DNA from: a virus
Lineage: Duplodnaviria > Caudoviricetes
Strand: one strand, 5' to 3'
IMG/VR virus record: IMGVR_UViG_3300021387_000688
DNA length: 64,000 nt
Shown: in pieces, positions 39,201 to 47,454 of the stretch
Numbering within the stretch: the first letter of the stretch is position 1
Layout: every line of letters starts with the position of its first letter
Position numbers and translations under genes: made by a program
Notes under the pieces: model-generated
Databases searched by the model: none
What the model was told of the DNA's origin: nothing
The model's input: only the letters and a program-made list of their open reading frames with translations

Positions 39201-40071
39201 CCAAGAAAAACTTAGAGTAGATAATGCAAATACAATTGTATTTAAGTCTGAAGATGTTTATCCAGATTTCTTTATTAGTAAAGAACGTTCGGCTTCTGCC
39301 AATAAACAAGCTGCTTACAACCAATTCTATTCTAACGTAGAGTTCTCTTGTAGGGTTATGTACACCAAGTTAGGATTTGATGAATCTTCAAGACAAGTTG
39401 ATTTAATTGCAACAGCGGGATTAGATCGTCAGTATGCTACAAGATTGTATACAGATAAAAAGCATATTCCTACATTTACAAAGTATTCTATAGGTGGAGG
39501 AAAGTTTGCAAGAACTGGCGGTTCTTTCGTAGCAGATAATAAATTGTATAGAGTTAGCGAAGATGGTAGAAACCCAATGTACTTAAATGAAGAAGGTGAG
39601 TTAACTCAAACTCCTAATAGTTTAGGACCTGTACATGCAATTGACTATGAATACTTATTACAATTGTATAAGGGATTGGGAAACATCTTTACTTCTATTA
39701 AAGTAACAAACGATGTAGGTTCAAGTGCTTATGACTTGAGTGGTTTGAATATTTCTAACAACTGTTTGTTACCAGATTGGAAAACAAAGACTGTAGGATT
39801 TACTAACAACTCTAACTACAAGATCTTCGTAATGATGAAAGATTTGAATGAAGAAGATTTCGCTTACCAGACTGTAGAAAATGAGGCCGGAAGTAAATCT
39901 TTGTTGAAGATTACTACTCCAACTACAATCTCTGTAGAATATCCTAACACCTTTAAGGAATACAACTTAGCTTACATTAAAGATAAACAAGGAAATATTG
40001 TAGCTAAAGCTTACTTTGATAAGCATAAGGTTAAGGAAGATAGTTTGTTAGTATTCTCTAAATTAAGTTAA
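30202..40071 (+). CDS. Giant (3289 aa) putative virion structural protein
   Basis: Uninterrupted ORF, acidic and beta-rich; ACTAAATA 4 nt before ATG, like the other structural genes. Confidence 0.6.
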   Translation: MNTLSSTVFNASIPTQLTNEIPHLNMWNILNKQIRMNWTRDLVGKSKTYFEDYNSIKTVLGEKSPNYNSRIVKFTDPDTNQKVTAKINKVNFDINGAWEVEADYLMHEMTRYLSKLYPDDLGSLVTLTEKERQSYFNEAAHMIHSYFDTEQITVNDDTVDLYLRNRFLMNITAVRSETGIAKQESDLISLLNDGTLYAFSGYTTFMDDEGNGVVTVQSQEWETVNNIRLFKYLFSTDRSSWKTAIEAVNGKINNDGLASMLEEYVEDVDDVKLLDSGVLENFKIFDTTGLANEKEVAEIYVKQLNDLLGNGVLLNNLGENAAIESVIKTYGDTRVDVPLTRDHAMVFSNDITGSGEVSVLFINNEEDSDQFGTADTKTQLLCAEKIITQDGQWKSLDKLPLFRTGKVRFSDSYKLVVGNYLMNHMVRLYESSEEFQDFVRTASKNPNVRLECDFYAGDTLYFKGIISDDFLRDDFLEHAQEYTRSNYFVKNNWLNNFSLENVLMCINKIDENTPIALDATDDTRVEWKQVNPQVRHLGQVMYLKNALTYMKGTEEESLYGELFAENEAWRSIDWNELEYGPLLRDAEIVEEIIHSLSQKYEIPEDELWDNENKKVDPSKYTNAQLIDMYNDMSRQGMYEKSQTIGHSNVSITDTMYSINTIELPIESLVFVKDFIKNNTRTERVKKYSPTLNVDYFYKEYIVNDQIEWEGELVEAHALVDISTSGSDVKMYSLKTYKGSIFGDDVVTVEEDISRLVEERGEILACIIDNYEGKHFVKVYETFTRNGDCYVKFYKMGEPDLKMSTFENKDIYLILDLDEELSDAKVEEFSKERRKTKKVNIYRNDQFFLISRSWEPITQESLNYMLDNTELDAPENYARTSILSTKTTVPRVLTELEDTVVFDGSADDAKIGLVKDLIAENKSLYLDSSIRILQHVPLSVSTTQWSEDYGVLSFLYESGDLPAQISFYDVDISLYDPLQENVNFLKRDDLQDLGMDEAQKVYNRRYVVWGSVVWDANTDRSVEVLRTIWASYFSNFEIYSTEDIIPSELVAQSLGVKNTYSQNILNYDYAENEANPTEHWNVSVVSNLRSNSVTSGVIANCAAIRFQEENLTGVNKDANGNILFENVFGRTKALDVGNMFYRTGVDDPSAGLSFGEEPITFHNLITEDCDLTISYDNDFKDIVFMKYNPENATVTLHVKKGIEEKNSKFTEGSCSYNNLDKLIWTDVTSTGLFSGVLAKVDVLHAKIDIVKYLECILKNYSVLHQQELKGEVGTSYTNVDENNNVKMTDILNYTYTYATIGSVIPVFARMVGSELVITGFLLDKKGENKYHLHVFQFGAPFIAPVAKTVINTDKYNRFPVLEKDFEKVVKEISVYPIYIPTSTYDCNLNFKTTGGDIIPNAITKDSQVEVLDETLDTEDGDEGKIDRSRLQISYLDTDGKKKNIFLNNNLKRFKEYKNCTVSLSTRADEDNENYLDCIMTFDGEDLDLSAEGLISLYDMKVPDFRTRYDRALDNEIKVVERNTILDDLHITAFKPNDLDPSKTDLILMNPLDASNFNVTNAIEQLTPIDENVHTQKVVGGKGYIADLWEDAGYPKIGYSYYKRAFIANGVISPNDITRVTLSDESLIEDGIDLTKHITADDPVTLILHNPPSYYIGAGVNLELDTGTYSTADGPYKILHEETKYEGEDKGSSINYILAGKHSIVVVKVNFENTKVQVTSVFELPEDVSNINYVNGIFTLEKNGETYELRSTGNGNLPITTDMFYAGQVNNDTATFDGYVAVKTVYDGENTQDVRINKVSQLVNAHAGYEDLGPVSIKAITTVGRYTIKFDDKDRVYGEARYGGEPLRYVTDPAALEIFDASGFKGQILTEGSEDDPGSFSVESIEGLTDLDKLKDWIVKTLRNQFGGDPTLSDPQFEGSMEKSQDYYYTTAQGSGFAASKSEWVKDELMRTLLNITANDVYNKPEGTKRWRKVISKDTIYVPTLEERDVEVVYDDNLTKWQKVYVINSIGNTLLKDCTDPETLQAFVKAILPTNFITRKRPIISTEASLDGTKVLWDQDACALTVFDKDGNISNRIAYQYLGLNYPVDPDKSGKNATEDWLIPNRIYLKADGTTFNKAFNMETSDGEGTSEYDQMYKEFGKYEVKDKVNGTITIVDGALYMPTLLANVNEDDIEIVTPDDMKFQQLVAISKDVEKWNAYVDYMKKLSWLAPDYSNYMVFNSPNAIINFQKLDNRLEGLKNAGKITEAQYNNASNVIKNINTTAKDDDCATGIIKGSPYLSFDNYKSNLYLTSIGVGVDSGTNKPLYFKSLITNSGILMSSGKEAYIYGTMKWPTFTEIRNLCEDSIKAKYSKMEGTEKDNAVNEDLNKLADSLNARYAKFETTSEDGMDQYKVGENEDVAPADTKFMIRVNLDTGAITPMGGMDAGKTASFNNLYATTIVNNKIMAITDVGIGELGSVGGSEFNPSVAGGEQINAFTGELISALKDAKAFNGKISSEGSKLTLGSSGTTVHNQPAVFTKVGVVGATSFTLEDDVIMADEGDNTPINVTMVVMDTTKDNFQYGYGDVEGLDQLNAAGSIFQVNSSEYADFATYEIANGDLISYYAQKTEGEEKTWISVGSKIQGLFEPRQIVNRERDENDTIQIENVSVAKSVYPKPSDIDDELLGNFYDLDAEGNIKTVKNTYGREILRLADSTEQWGNLIKKVPGLEGKDKILGDLTSMVTYETLEGGSISITPTVYPEEIDPSKGVAWPGELIGKGYDYVSKIGQPIPKLVKVPKNSVQNLPYTQAEFMINGDSDIYVGEDYLKLTATFNKPNALSSEKFDDNKMNNTQVTSTEFYKDFTENHPYTAARDGLVTRQLKIKVVNPTTQLPKLVDISNYRVTNSNISKVFSILGTESTEIVIPANGYGQSVRGVYTKPSECKFEDDLFYMKGEVQNEYGETIYWVDGSDLTVKENGLPANYEPMRRMVYRSFKQADAHLLPKLATKEKTSYENPAVVIDLTQEKLRVDNANTIVFKSEDVYPDFFISKERSASANKQAAYNQFYSNVEFSCRVMYTKLGFDESSRQVDLIATAGLDRQYATRLYTDKKHIPTFTKYSIGGGKFARTGGSFVADNKLYRVSEDGRNPMYLNEEGELTQTPNSLGPVHAIDYEYLLQLYKGLGNIFTSIKVTNDVGSSAYDLSGLNISNNCLLPDWKTKTVGFTNNSNYKIFVMMKDLNEEDFAYQTVENEAGSKSLLKITTPTTISVEYPNTFKEYNLAYIKDKQGNIVAKAYFDKHKVKEDSLLVFSKLS

Positions 40072-40078
40072 TAAAAAG

Positions 40079-40103
40079 AAAAGGCTCCGTGAGGAGCCTT
40101 TTT
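40079..40103. terminator. Bidirectional terminator
   Basis: AAAAGGCTCC-GTGA-GGAGCCTTTT. Confidence 0.8.
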
Positions 40104-40121
40104 GTTTATTTTTTTAATCTT

Positions 40122-40835
40122 TTAGATTGAATTGATCAAACTGAACAATTCTGCTCTAGCTTCTGGCTGAGTTTCAAATACCCCGCGAAGTACTGAAGTT
40201 GTAGTTGTAGCATCTTCAGATTTAACACCACGAACTGCTACGCAGCTATGAGTAATATCTTTCATTACTACTGCACATCCTACTGGGTCCAATACATCTA
40301 CCATTGCATCTGCAATCTGTTCACTCAATTGTTCCTGAATCTGGAAACGATGTGCATAATCTCTTGCCATGCGAGGAATCTTTGACAATCCACATACTTT
40401 GTCTTTTGGAATATAAGCTACATAAACAAATGAATCATCTTTATATGTTCCAAACGGTGCAATATGATGTTCACATTGTGAGAATAACTTAAACTTGCAA
40501 ATAACAATACCATTCTGGAAGTAAGATGTTTTCTGTACTCCAGTCTTTTCTCCATTAATGGCATTACCGCGTTCAACGTCAAATACTTTTTTGATATGAC
40601 GTTTTGGATCTACCATGTATCCTGATGCAAATGCTTCAGTCCAATACTTTGCAAGACGATGAGGAGTTTCTTTCATTCCATCTGGAAGCTCTTCTTCATC
40701 TGTAAGTCCCATTGTTTTTTTAAGAAGATGTGCAAACATTGCTTCATCTTCTTTGTTAAAAATGTTTTTGATTTCTACCTCAGATTCGGTAGTTTCATAG
40801 ACAGGCTGTCCGCCTTTGTAATTAATGTGTTTCAT
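40122..40835 (-). CDS. folE: GTP cyclohydrolase I
   Basis: ETPHRLAK, SQCEHHIAPF, GLSKIPR, QIQEQL, HSCVAVRGV. Confidence 0.95.
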   Translation of the reverse strand: MKHINYKGGQPVYETTESEVEIKNIFNKEDEAMFAHLLKKTMGLTDEEELPDGMKETPHRLAKYWTEAFASGYMVDPKRHIKKVFDVERGNAINGEKTGVQKTSYFQNGIVICKFKLFSQCEHHIAPFGTYKDDSFVYVAYIPKDKVCGLSKIPRMARDYAHRFQIQEQLSEQIADAMVDVLDPVGCAVVMKDITHSCVAVRGVKSEDATTTTSVLRGVFETQPEARAELFSLINSI

Positions 40836-40951
40836 TCGGTTTTACTCCTTTGAGAGAAAATGAACAAGCTCTCATTTAATTAATAATTCTTTAGAAAAAA
40901 TATAGTAGAAGTTTCTGTAAAATATCAAAAATGACAATCTATATTTAGAAT

Positions 40952-41500
40952 ATGAAAGAAACAAAAACAGAAGCACAGAAAAGAATTTTTGAACATTACG
41001 TAAACTCATGTTGGCCGGTTTTGGATTTTGATAGTTTTACAAACTCTATTACTGATTCAAAAGATAAGAAAGTTTTTACTGCAAATACTTTTAAGACTTA
41101 CTTCTTGAAGAATTATAAACCTTCTGAAGATGCTAAACAGAATGCTTTGATTCTTAAAGATATAAAAGCTGACAAGTATAAGGTTGGAACCAATTGCGTG
41201 CAATCTGCTAAAACATTGTCAGGAGAAATTAGGATTGGGCAATATGGTAGCCCCAAGTCTTCTGAAAAAGTAATTACCAGTATCAATGGTAGCTTTACAT
41301 TAGATAAAACCTTATCTGATAAAAAGACTGGAGAAGTTTTAATGAAGGTTTATAAAATAAATTGGAATAGTAAATTCCCGGGTCAACCTTCTTGCTTCTT
41401 TGTATCTAATGAATGGGGTAACCATTTTAGAACAAGCCCTAACTTTGTCAAACAGTTTGTAGAATCTGCCGCTTTAAGGAAGAAATATAAGCTTGACTGA
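40952..41500 (+). CDS. Hypothetical protein
   Basis: ORF with CTATATT 6 nt before ATG. Confidence 0.6.
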   Translation: MKETKTEAQKRIFEHYVNSCWPVLDFDSFTNSITDSKDKKVFTANTFKTYFLKNYKPSEDAKQNALILKDIKADKYKVGTNCVQSAKTLSGEIRIGQYGSPKSSEKVITSINGSFTLDKTLSDKKTGEVLMKVYKINWNSKFPGQPSCFFVSNEWGNHFRTSPNFVKQFVESAALRKKYKLD

Positions 41501-41516
41501 TCTGTCTAATTAAGAC

Positions 41517-41765
41517 ATGACAGAAAGTGAATTTAAGGATAAGATTTTAAGCAGCAAAGAGTTGGACGATCAAACTAAAAAAGATATCCTACTCTTTCTG
41601 TATAATTATGTAAACGAAAAAATTGTTAAAGCTGTTCAAAATATTTGCGACATTGTTATCAATAAATACGATAGACAATTCGAAAATGATTCTATAGCCC
41701 TCTCTCAATTAAAATCAGATTTAGAAAACCTCAAAAAAGATGTTTGGGTGGAAAACTTAGATTAA
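41517..41765 (+). CDS. Hypothetical protein
   Basis: CTAATTAA 3 nt before ATG. Confidence 0.6.
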   Translation: MTESEFKDKILSSKELDDQTKKDILLFLYNYVNEKIVKAVQNICDIVINKYDRQFENDSIALSQLKSDLENLKKDVWVENLD

Positions 41766-41781
41766 GTCCTCTAATTAAGTT

Positions 41782-43569
41782 ATGAGAATTGTAACTTTAA
41801 AAGATGAGGATTTCAATCAAGAATTTGTTCCTTCAACAGATATCAAAGATATAAACGCAATAAATGCTAAATGGGATTTCTTGTTTAGAGATCCCTTCCA
41901 TTCAAATACAGACTATAACAATTGGCGTTTAGCGCATTACATTTTTAAACCTACTAGTAATAATTATACATGGGAAAATTATAACAATTCTTATTGTTCT
42001 ACTTATATTTTAAATGAAGATAATATATCCGGGTATGCTGAACCTTTTGACCCTGAATGTATATTTGCAAATTACAACGGGTCTTACGGTGCAAACATTG
42101 ATACTTTTGGAAAAGCTTATAATCCTTATTATATAAAAGATTTAGATGAGAAATTATCTAATTCTAGAATAAATATACCTAACTATACAAAGAAAATTTA
42201 TGTAAAAGGTTTTGACGAATTTGAGGTTATATCAACCAGTTACCGCCGAAATTACAATGATGATACGTACTCCGTAGTAGAATCTAAAGATTATTACAGG
42301 AACAATGGAAATAATTATAATTCAAATTTAGGGGCTTCTTTTAAGGACATAGATAAAACTCAAATAAGAGATTCTGTAGTCGAAGGGGGGTATACTATAA
42401 AATTGCCTTACTTAAAAGATTCTCAAATAAACGCAATGTTTACCGAAATCAAAAAGAAACCTTGGGAACCAGTTGTATTTAAACTAAATGCAGGTACTAT
42501 TACTATTAAAATAAAACCATTTGCACAAGAGATTACTTATGTATGGAAGCCTACTAAAAATATTGCAGTAAAAATTCCTAGGTATCATAACGACAACCCT
42601 GCTAATGGAGTATATGATTACCAATATATGTGTTACGATAAAGATGTAGAATATATTGTTACACCTAAGGTAACTTCAGATTTATTATCTAATAAAAACG
42701 TTTTTAAGTTTGAAAGTATTTCTTTCGGGAATACTTTGAAGGACCCTTGCGCCAATGTAAATATGAGTAATTATGAGTATGGTTTTATGTACATACCTAA
42801 TACTGAAAAATTACTTCATTTACCTGCATTAGATGTTGCTGTAGATATTAGAGATCAAATTACAGAAGAAACAAGGTTGAGGCAAGAGGGTGATACAGCT
42901 TTACTTCAAAAGATTAATAAAGAAGCTCAGGATAGAGCTACAGCTGTTAGTAATGAAGCTACTGCTAGGACTAATGCAGATAATTCTTTGGACCAGAAAA
43001 TTACTACAGAAAAGAATGATCGTATCAAAGATGTAGAGGATGAAGAAAACGCTCGTAAAAAAGCTATTGAAGAAGAAGCTAAAATTAGAAAAGAAGAAGA
43101 CGATAAACTTGAAGATAAAAAATTAAATCGTTATGATAAAGATGAAAAGGTTGATGGAGTTAAACCTGATTGGGATGAAGAACCTACTCGTAATTCTCAT
43201 AAGGCCGTAAATTCTGATGCCGTTTATAAGATGTGCAAAAACTTAAGATTGTATCAAGCCAATATTGGAAAAGATAAGATTGCAGTAGCTAAACTTAAGC
43301 CAGTAGATTATCCTTTCCAAGTAACAATCTTTAGTAAAGGAGAGATGGCTACCTTTGATATTCACTCTACTGTAATGGGAAGGGCTTTAACTCCTGGATG
43401 TAACTTAAGTGCAAAATACTATATGACTAGTGATTGGATTTATCTTTATTTCAAGCCTGCACAAGGTCCAGTTTCTTTAACTATAAGTGCAAACGACTCT
43501 GAAGGCATGGTGTTAACTGAAACTGATAAGTTCCCTGAATTAGCAACTACAGTTCCGTTGGCAAAATAA
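41782..43569 (+). CDS. Structural/fibre-like protein with a coiled segment
   Basis: EAQDRATAVSNEATARTNADNSLDQKITTEKNDR repeats typical of phage fibres; late-type motif upstream. Confidence 0.55.
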   Translation: MRIVTLKDEDFNQEFVPSTDIKDINAINAKWDFLFRDPFHSNTDYNNWRLAHYIFKPTSNNYTWENYNNSYCSTYILNEDNISGYAEPFDPECIFANYNGSYGANIDTFGKAYNPYYIKDLDEKLSNSRINIPNYTKKIYVKGFDEFEVISTSYRRNYNDDTYSVVESKDYYRNNGNNYNSNLGASFKDIDKTQIRDSVVEGGYTIKLPYLKDSQINAMFTEIKKKPWEPVVFKLNAGTITIKIKPFAQEITYVWKPTKNIAVKIPRYHNDNPANGVYDYQYMCYDKDVEYIVTPKVTSDLLSNKNVFKFESISFGNTLKDPCANVNMSNYEYGFMYIPNTEKLLHLPALDVAVDIRDQITEETRLRQEGDTALLQKINKEAQDRATAVSNEATARTNADNSLDQKITTEKNDRIKDVEDEENARKKAIEEEAKIRKEEDDKLEDKKLNRYDKDEKVDGVKPDWDEEPTRNSHKAVNSDAVYKMCKNLRLYQANIGKDKIAVAKLKPVDYPFQVTIFSKGEMATFDIHSTVMGRALTPGCNLSAKYYMTSDWIYLYFKPAQGPVSLTISANDSEGMVLTETDKFPELATTVPLAK

Positions 43570-43598
43570 AACCTCCTATTTTCTAGGAGGCTTGTAAA

Positions 43599-43814
43599 TT
43601 ACTCTTCTTCTGTCTCGTCAGGTTCGTCTTCTACCATATCGGCAGCTGACTTTAATTCCTCTGCGAGCCCTCTAATATATTCGGCCAACTCTGCATTTGT
43701 TTCAGAATTTGTATAACAACCTCTTACACAGTTTCTAACTTCATACATTAGAGATTCAAGATTAGAGAATGATTCTTCCAAATCATCCCTTACATTTTCG
43801 CTCCAACCGTCCAT
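43599..43814 (-). CDS. Hypothetical protein
   Basis: AAGGAG SD; operon context. Confidence 0.6.
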   Translation of the reverse strand: MDGWSENVRDDLEESFSNLESLMYEVRNCVRGCYTNSETNAELAEYIRGLAEELKSAADMVEDEPDETEEE

Positions 43815-44964
43815 AAACTTTACGCTCCTTTGGTTTAATATCTTTATTTAGTTGATCCTTCAAATCATCTTTTGTGAGAATACCTTCTTCCATCAATTCG
43901 TTTAAAGCTTCCAAAGCTTTTACTTTATTATCTTTCTTTGTTTCTTCTTCTGATTTAATAGATTCGTAACCCCTTATCAAAGAGAGTTTGCTATAAATAT
44001 CCTTTTTAGAAACATGGCAGAAATAATCTTTTACGCGAACAATGTATCCGAAATAATCTCCGGCTTCTTTATTTTCTTTATAAGATTCCCCATCCCTGTA
44101 ACAATGCCAAGTAATCCAAAGATTGTTCTTTTCTTTTAAGAGGTCACAAGAAGGATGATCCATCCCGTGTACAGGAATGACTACATCATATTTCTTTTCA
44201 AAATCTCTTACAACTTCTACATTCTCCCAATGCTTATATTTTCTCAAAGGGAATTCTAATTTAGGAGATTGTTCCCTTCGGTACAAAGCCATTCTTGCAT
44301 TATAAAGGTCTTTAAGATCTTCTTCATAAGAAAGTGCATCGTCATTCATAATAAAAGCACATTCAACGGCCTGTACATTATTCTTTACGGTTTCTGGAAT
44401 CATGGCTGCAAAGAAAGCGCTGAAAGGTTGCTGTTGCATTCCATTTGGATCGAAATTACGATTGTATAAGTCCGGTCCAATCATTGTTAGTCCTTTTACT
44501 CTTTGCTTACCATATACTTTTTGCAAAACCTTTGCAGCGAGACATGCGGCTAATACACTTTCTCCTCCAAAGTTTAATCCGTATAGAACTACATTTTCGC
44601 CTTTTTCTAGATGACGTATTGCAAGGGAAGTGGAATCGTATCCCCCAGAATACATGATTGCATAAGTAGGAACTTCATAAGAATAAGGTTCTCTGTCGCA
44701 AGAGAATATATTTAACAAACGGGTACCTTCAGTTTTAGAAGGATCTTCTTGTAGATACTCCATATTTAATTTCTTAAACATGTTGCCAATAAGTTTGTTA
44801 AAAACGCTTTCTTCGTTTGTAACCCTCCAGATGTCTATCCTTCCATAAGACCAAGATTCTGAAGGTAAAACACATTTTTGGTAACTTAAGTGTTTTGCAT
44901 AATAATCTTTATAAGGGGTTTCGGCCTCCATTACTTCAATTTTTTCTGATGGATTAGAACTCAT
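43783..44964 (-). CDS. QueC-like PP-loop ATPase (divergent)
   Basis: IMYSGGYDSTS PP-loop, EFPL, TWHCY; lacks the C-terminal CxxCxxC. Confidence 0.55.
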   Translation of the reverse strand: MSSNPSEKIEVMEAETPYKDYYAKHLSYQKCVLPSESWSYGRIDIWRVTNEESVFNKLIGNMFKKLNMEYLQEDPSKTEGTRLLNIFSCDREPYSYEVPTYAIMYSGGYDSTSLAIRHLEKGENVVLYGLNFGGESVLAACLAAKVLQKVYGKQRVKGLTMIGPDLYNRNFDPNGMQQQPFSAFFAAMIPETVKNNVQAVECAFIMNDDALSYEEDLKDLYNARMALYRREQSPKLEFPLRKYKHWENVEVVRDFEKKYDVVIPVHGMDHPSCDLLKEKNNLWITWHCYRDGESYKENKEAGDYFGYIVRVKDYFCHVSKKDIYSKLSLIRGYESIKSEEETKKDNKVKALEALNELMEEGILTKDDLKDQLNKDIKPKERKVYGRLERKCKG

Positions 44965-45370
44965 CTTTTACTCCTAACTTCCTTCTTACTTTTAATATTT
45001 TGGGAAACATTTTGGCATTCCAATCAATCATGGTTTCATTTCTTGCCCAGCCGTTTTCACAGCCATCTGTTCCTGTACAAATGTCTAAACCAGCCTCCAT
45101 ATAAAAAGCATGGTATAGTTCGTGAGTGATGTCTTGATCTATGGCAGGGTTGTCGTCTGGCATTTGCTGAGAATCTTCTGTAGAAATGTAAGCGTCTGCA
45201 TCAACCCAAATCTCCCTTAAGTAAGCTTGAGTTAATGCATTAGCTTCCTGTTCTTCAAGAATCCTCTTTTCGTAACATTCCTTGTCAGAATCTACTACTT
45301 TGATGGTCCAAGATTCTCCTAAAATGGAAACTTTTTTGTTGTGCAGTTTTTTGAGTGCATCTATTGTCAT
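44954..45370 (-). CDS. HExxH metallopeptidase-like phage protein
   Basis: ITHELYHAF...NETMIDW. Confidence 0.6.
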   Translation of the reverse strand: MTIDALKKLHNKKVSILGESWTIKVVDSDKECYEKRILEEQEANALTQAYLREIWVDADAYISTEDSQQMPDDNPAIDQDITHELYHAFYMEAGLDICTGTDGCENGWARNETMIDWNAKMFPKILKVRRKLGVKDEF

Positions 45371-45382
45371 GCCGCATCCCCT

Positions 45383-45646
45383 TTAGTATAGAAAATCATC
45401 ACGCTCTTCTTCAAGGCGCTCCCACATCTCACTAACCCTGTCCTGATAAAGTTTTCTCATTTCAGGGTTATCTACCTTCCCTTTAATTTCTTTACGTTTT
45501 TCTTGAACGTGTTCGGCCGTTTCAAGATTCCTTTTATGCTCCAGCATCCTTCTTTGATTATCCATTTGCATTTGATGCATTCTTTGTTGCTGTTGCATAT
45601 TGGCGGCTATGATAATTGGCATAGCCATTATTGCAGGGTTGAGCAT
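45383..45646 (-). CDS. Hypothetical protein
   Basis: GGAGG SD. Confidence 0.6.
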   Translation of the reverse strand: MLNPAIMAMPIIIAANMQQQQRMHQMQMDNQRRMLEHKRNLETAEHVQEKRKEIKGKVDNPEMRKLYQDRVSEMWERLEEERDDFLY

Positions 45647-45654
45647 TTATCCTC

Positions 45655-46320
45655 CTAACAACGATTTGCAACTACTTCACTATCTTCAGCGATAGCTGTC
45701 TGTCCACTATAATTAACATCAATAAAACTTGTACTGCGTCTCAGGTCTTCTGAAAAGATGTTAATTTCTGCCATTGCGGCTTCGTAATCTGCATAAGCGT
45801 CTCCGGTAACTCCGAAGTTGTATTCCTTCAGCAGATTTCTAAAATCATTTAAGAAATTCTTAGCCTTTTCCTTAAACATTTCGTCGTAACGGATCTGCTG
45901 GAAGTGCTCCTTAACAGGTTCTGTACTGAAATCCTTTGCAGTGTACTTACGAGCTGATTCCTTAGTGATACCTAACTTGCGGTTAACCCAAGCGGCCATC
46001 TTTCCAGCTTCGTGAGTAAAGAATTCTCCAAACTCTGCTCTTGATTCATCGTTTACAGAATAGCTCTTGTAAATCTCTACAAATTCGTTTTCAATGAAAA
46101 TGAACTTTACGTAAGCATCGATCTTAATACGCTTACCGTTTGTAGCACTGCAGTTAAAATTCAAATACCAACTTGTATCGTAATTTGTCATACAATACTC
46201 GTTCAGTTCATTCTTATATTTTTCAATGATTTCCTTCTTAGAGCAAGAAAAGATACGAGTAGTTCCTGGCTTAGAAATATCCACGCGATTGTCGATTACT
46301 AAAAATTCCTGATTTTCCAT
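45655..46320 (-). CDS. Hypothetical early protein
   Basis: Class I promoter and AAGAGGTACAAATT-ATG at 46320. Confidence 0.7.
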   Translation of the reverse strand: MENQEFLVIDNRVDISKPGTTRIFSCSKKEIIEKYKNELNEYCMTNYDTSWYLNFNCSATNGKRIKIDAYVKFIFIENEFVEIYKSYSVNDESRAEFGEFFTHEAGKMAAWVNRKLGITKESARKYTAKDFSTEPVKEHFQQIRYDEMFKEKAKNFLNDFRNLLKEYNFGVTGDAYADYEAAMAEINIFSEDLRRSTSFIDVNYSGQTAIAEDSEVVANRC

Positions 46321-46447
46321 AATTTGTACCTCTTGATAATAATATAGCTTAAACCCGGAAATTAGATTTCTAAAATGTGAAAATATTTTTAGCAAAATAA
46401 AACCCCCTATTTTTAGGGGGTTTGTTTAGATTCGGAATCGGATTCCG

Positions 46448-46891
46448 TTAGTCATCGGTTACTTTTGTAATCTGAAGTTTTTCATGTTTAGGTTCAGCTT
46501 CCGGAGATTCTACTACAATTTCTACATCTTCCATAAACTTTTCAAGCTTCTTATTCTTGCGGCGAAGCTTCTTATTCTTCTGCTTAAGTTTACGATTCTT
46601 GCGGCGAAGCTTTTCATTACGTTCATTGTAAGCTGAAGTATTTCCATCAAAATAACCTGCATTGTAAGAAGCTTCACGTTCTCGTTTTGAACGATCCTTC
46701 ATTGCAATGTAAACAGGAATATCCATTGCATCGATGATTGATGCTCCAATCAAAACCCATCCTGCAATTTCAAAACCGAATGGAAGAATGTGATAACCGC
46801 GAGACAGTACAACTGCTGCGATTCCAGCTGCTACGAACAAAATCCAAATTGAGAAATACTTAAGTACTCTCTTCATAAAGTAACGATCCAT
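46448..46891 (-). CDS. Two-TM membrane protein with basic heptad repeats
   Basis: KLRRKNR/KLKQKNK/KLRRKNK; 18-bp direct repeat at 46553 and 46595. Confidence 0.7.
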   Translation of the reverse strand: MDRYFMKRVLKYFSIWILFVAAGIAAVVLSRGYHILPFGFEIAGWVLIGASIIDAMDIPVYIAMKDRSKREREASYNAGYFDGNTSAYNERNEKLRRKNRKLKQKNKKLRRKNKKLEKFMEDVEIVVESPEAEPKHEKLQITKVTDD

Positions 46892-46906
46892 AATAGTCTC
46901 CTTTAA

Positions 46907-47197
46907 TTAAAGTGTATTTAAAAACTTTTCAAGTTTTTTGTTGCCTTTACGATTTGCTTCTTCTACTGAAGAGCATCTATATGTGTTAAGTGATTTGCTC
47001 CAAATTCCGCCGAACTGTCCATGTCGTCCAGATCCGTGAATTGTTATATGTGAAAAGTATGTATCATCCCAAGCTTTTCCTTCGTAGCGTTCAATCTGAA
47101 CAACGTCTCCATTACGCATAGTTTTGTAGCAGATATAGTTCGAGTTGTTAGGGTTCTTTCCTTCATTTGAGATGATTTCGATTTCGCCTTCTTTCAT
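46907..47197 (-). CDS. Hypothetical early protein
   Basis: Class I promoter and AAGAGGTACAAAGA-ATG. Confidence 0.7.
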   Translation of the reverse strand: MKEGEIEIISNEGKNPNNSNYICYKTMRNGDVVQIERYEGKAWDDTYFSHITIHGSGRHGQFGGIWSKSLNTYRCSSVEEANRKGNKKLEKFLNTL

Positions 47198-47277
47198 TCT
47201 TTGTACCTCTTGATAATATTATAGCTTTTTCTGGATTCCAAGATAACTAAAATGTTTACTTTTTCTATACTTTTTTT

Positions 47278-47436
47278 ATGAGCCAATTTAAGACAGAAGA
47301 AGAAAGAAAAGAATTTATAAAGAAAGATTATGAAAGGCGAGCTAAAGAACTTTGCGAAGGTAAAACTTTAGAAGAAGTAGTTATAGGATTATTGAAAATA
47401 ATAGATAACAACGATCGTCATTTTTACCCCCTCTAA
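47278..47436 (+). CDS. Small hypothetical protein (52 aa)
   Basis: MSQFKTEEERKEFIKKD...; below the track cutoff. Confidence 0.45.
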   Translation: MSQFKTEEERKEFIKKDYERRAKELCEGKTLEEVVIGLLKIIDNNDRHFYPL

Positions 47437-47454
47437 TATCCTCTAATTAATTCT

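Noticed and set aside
46553-46612. 18-bp direct repeat as a mobile-element or regulatory repeat
   Set aside because: Explained by in-frame KLRRKN heptad duplication in a membrane protein.
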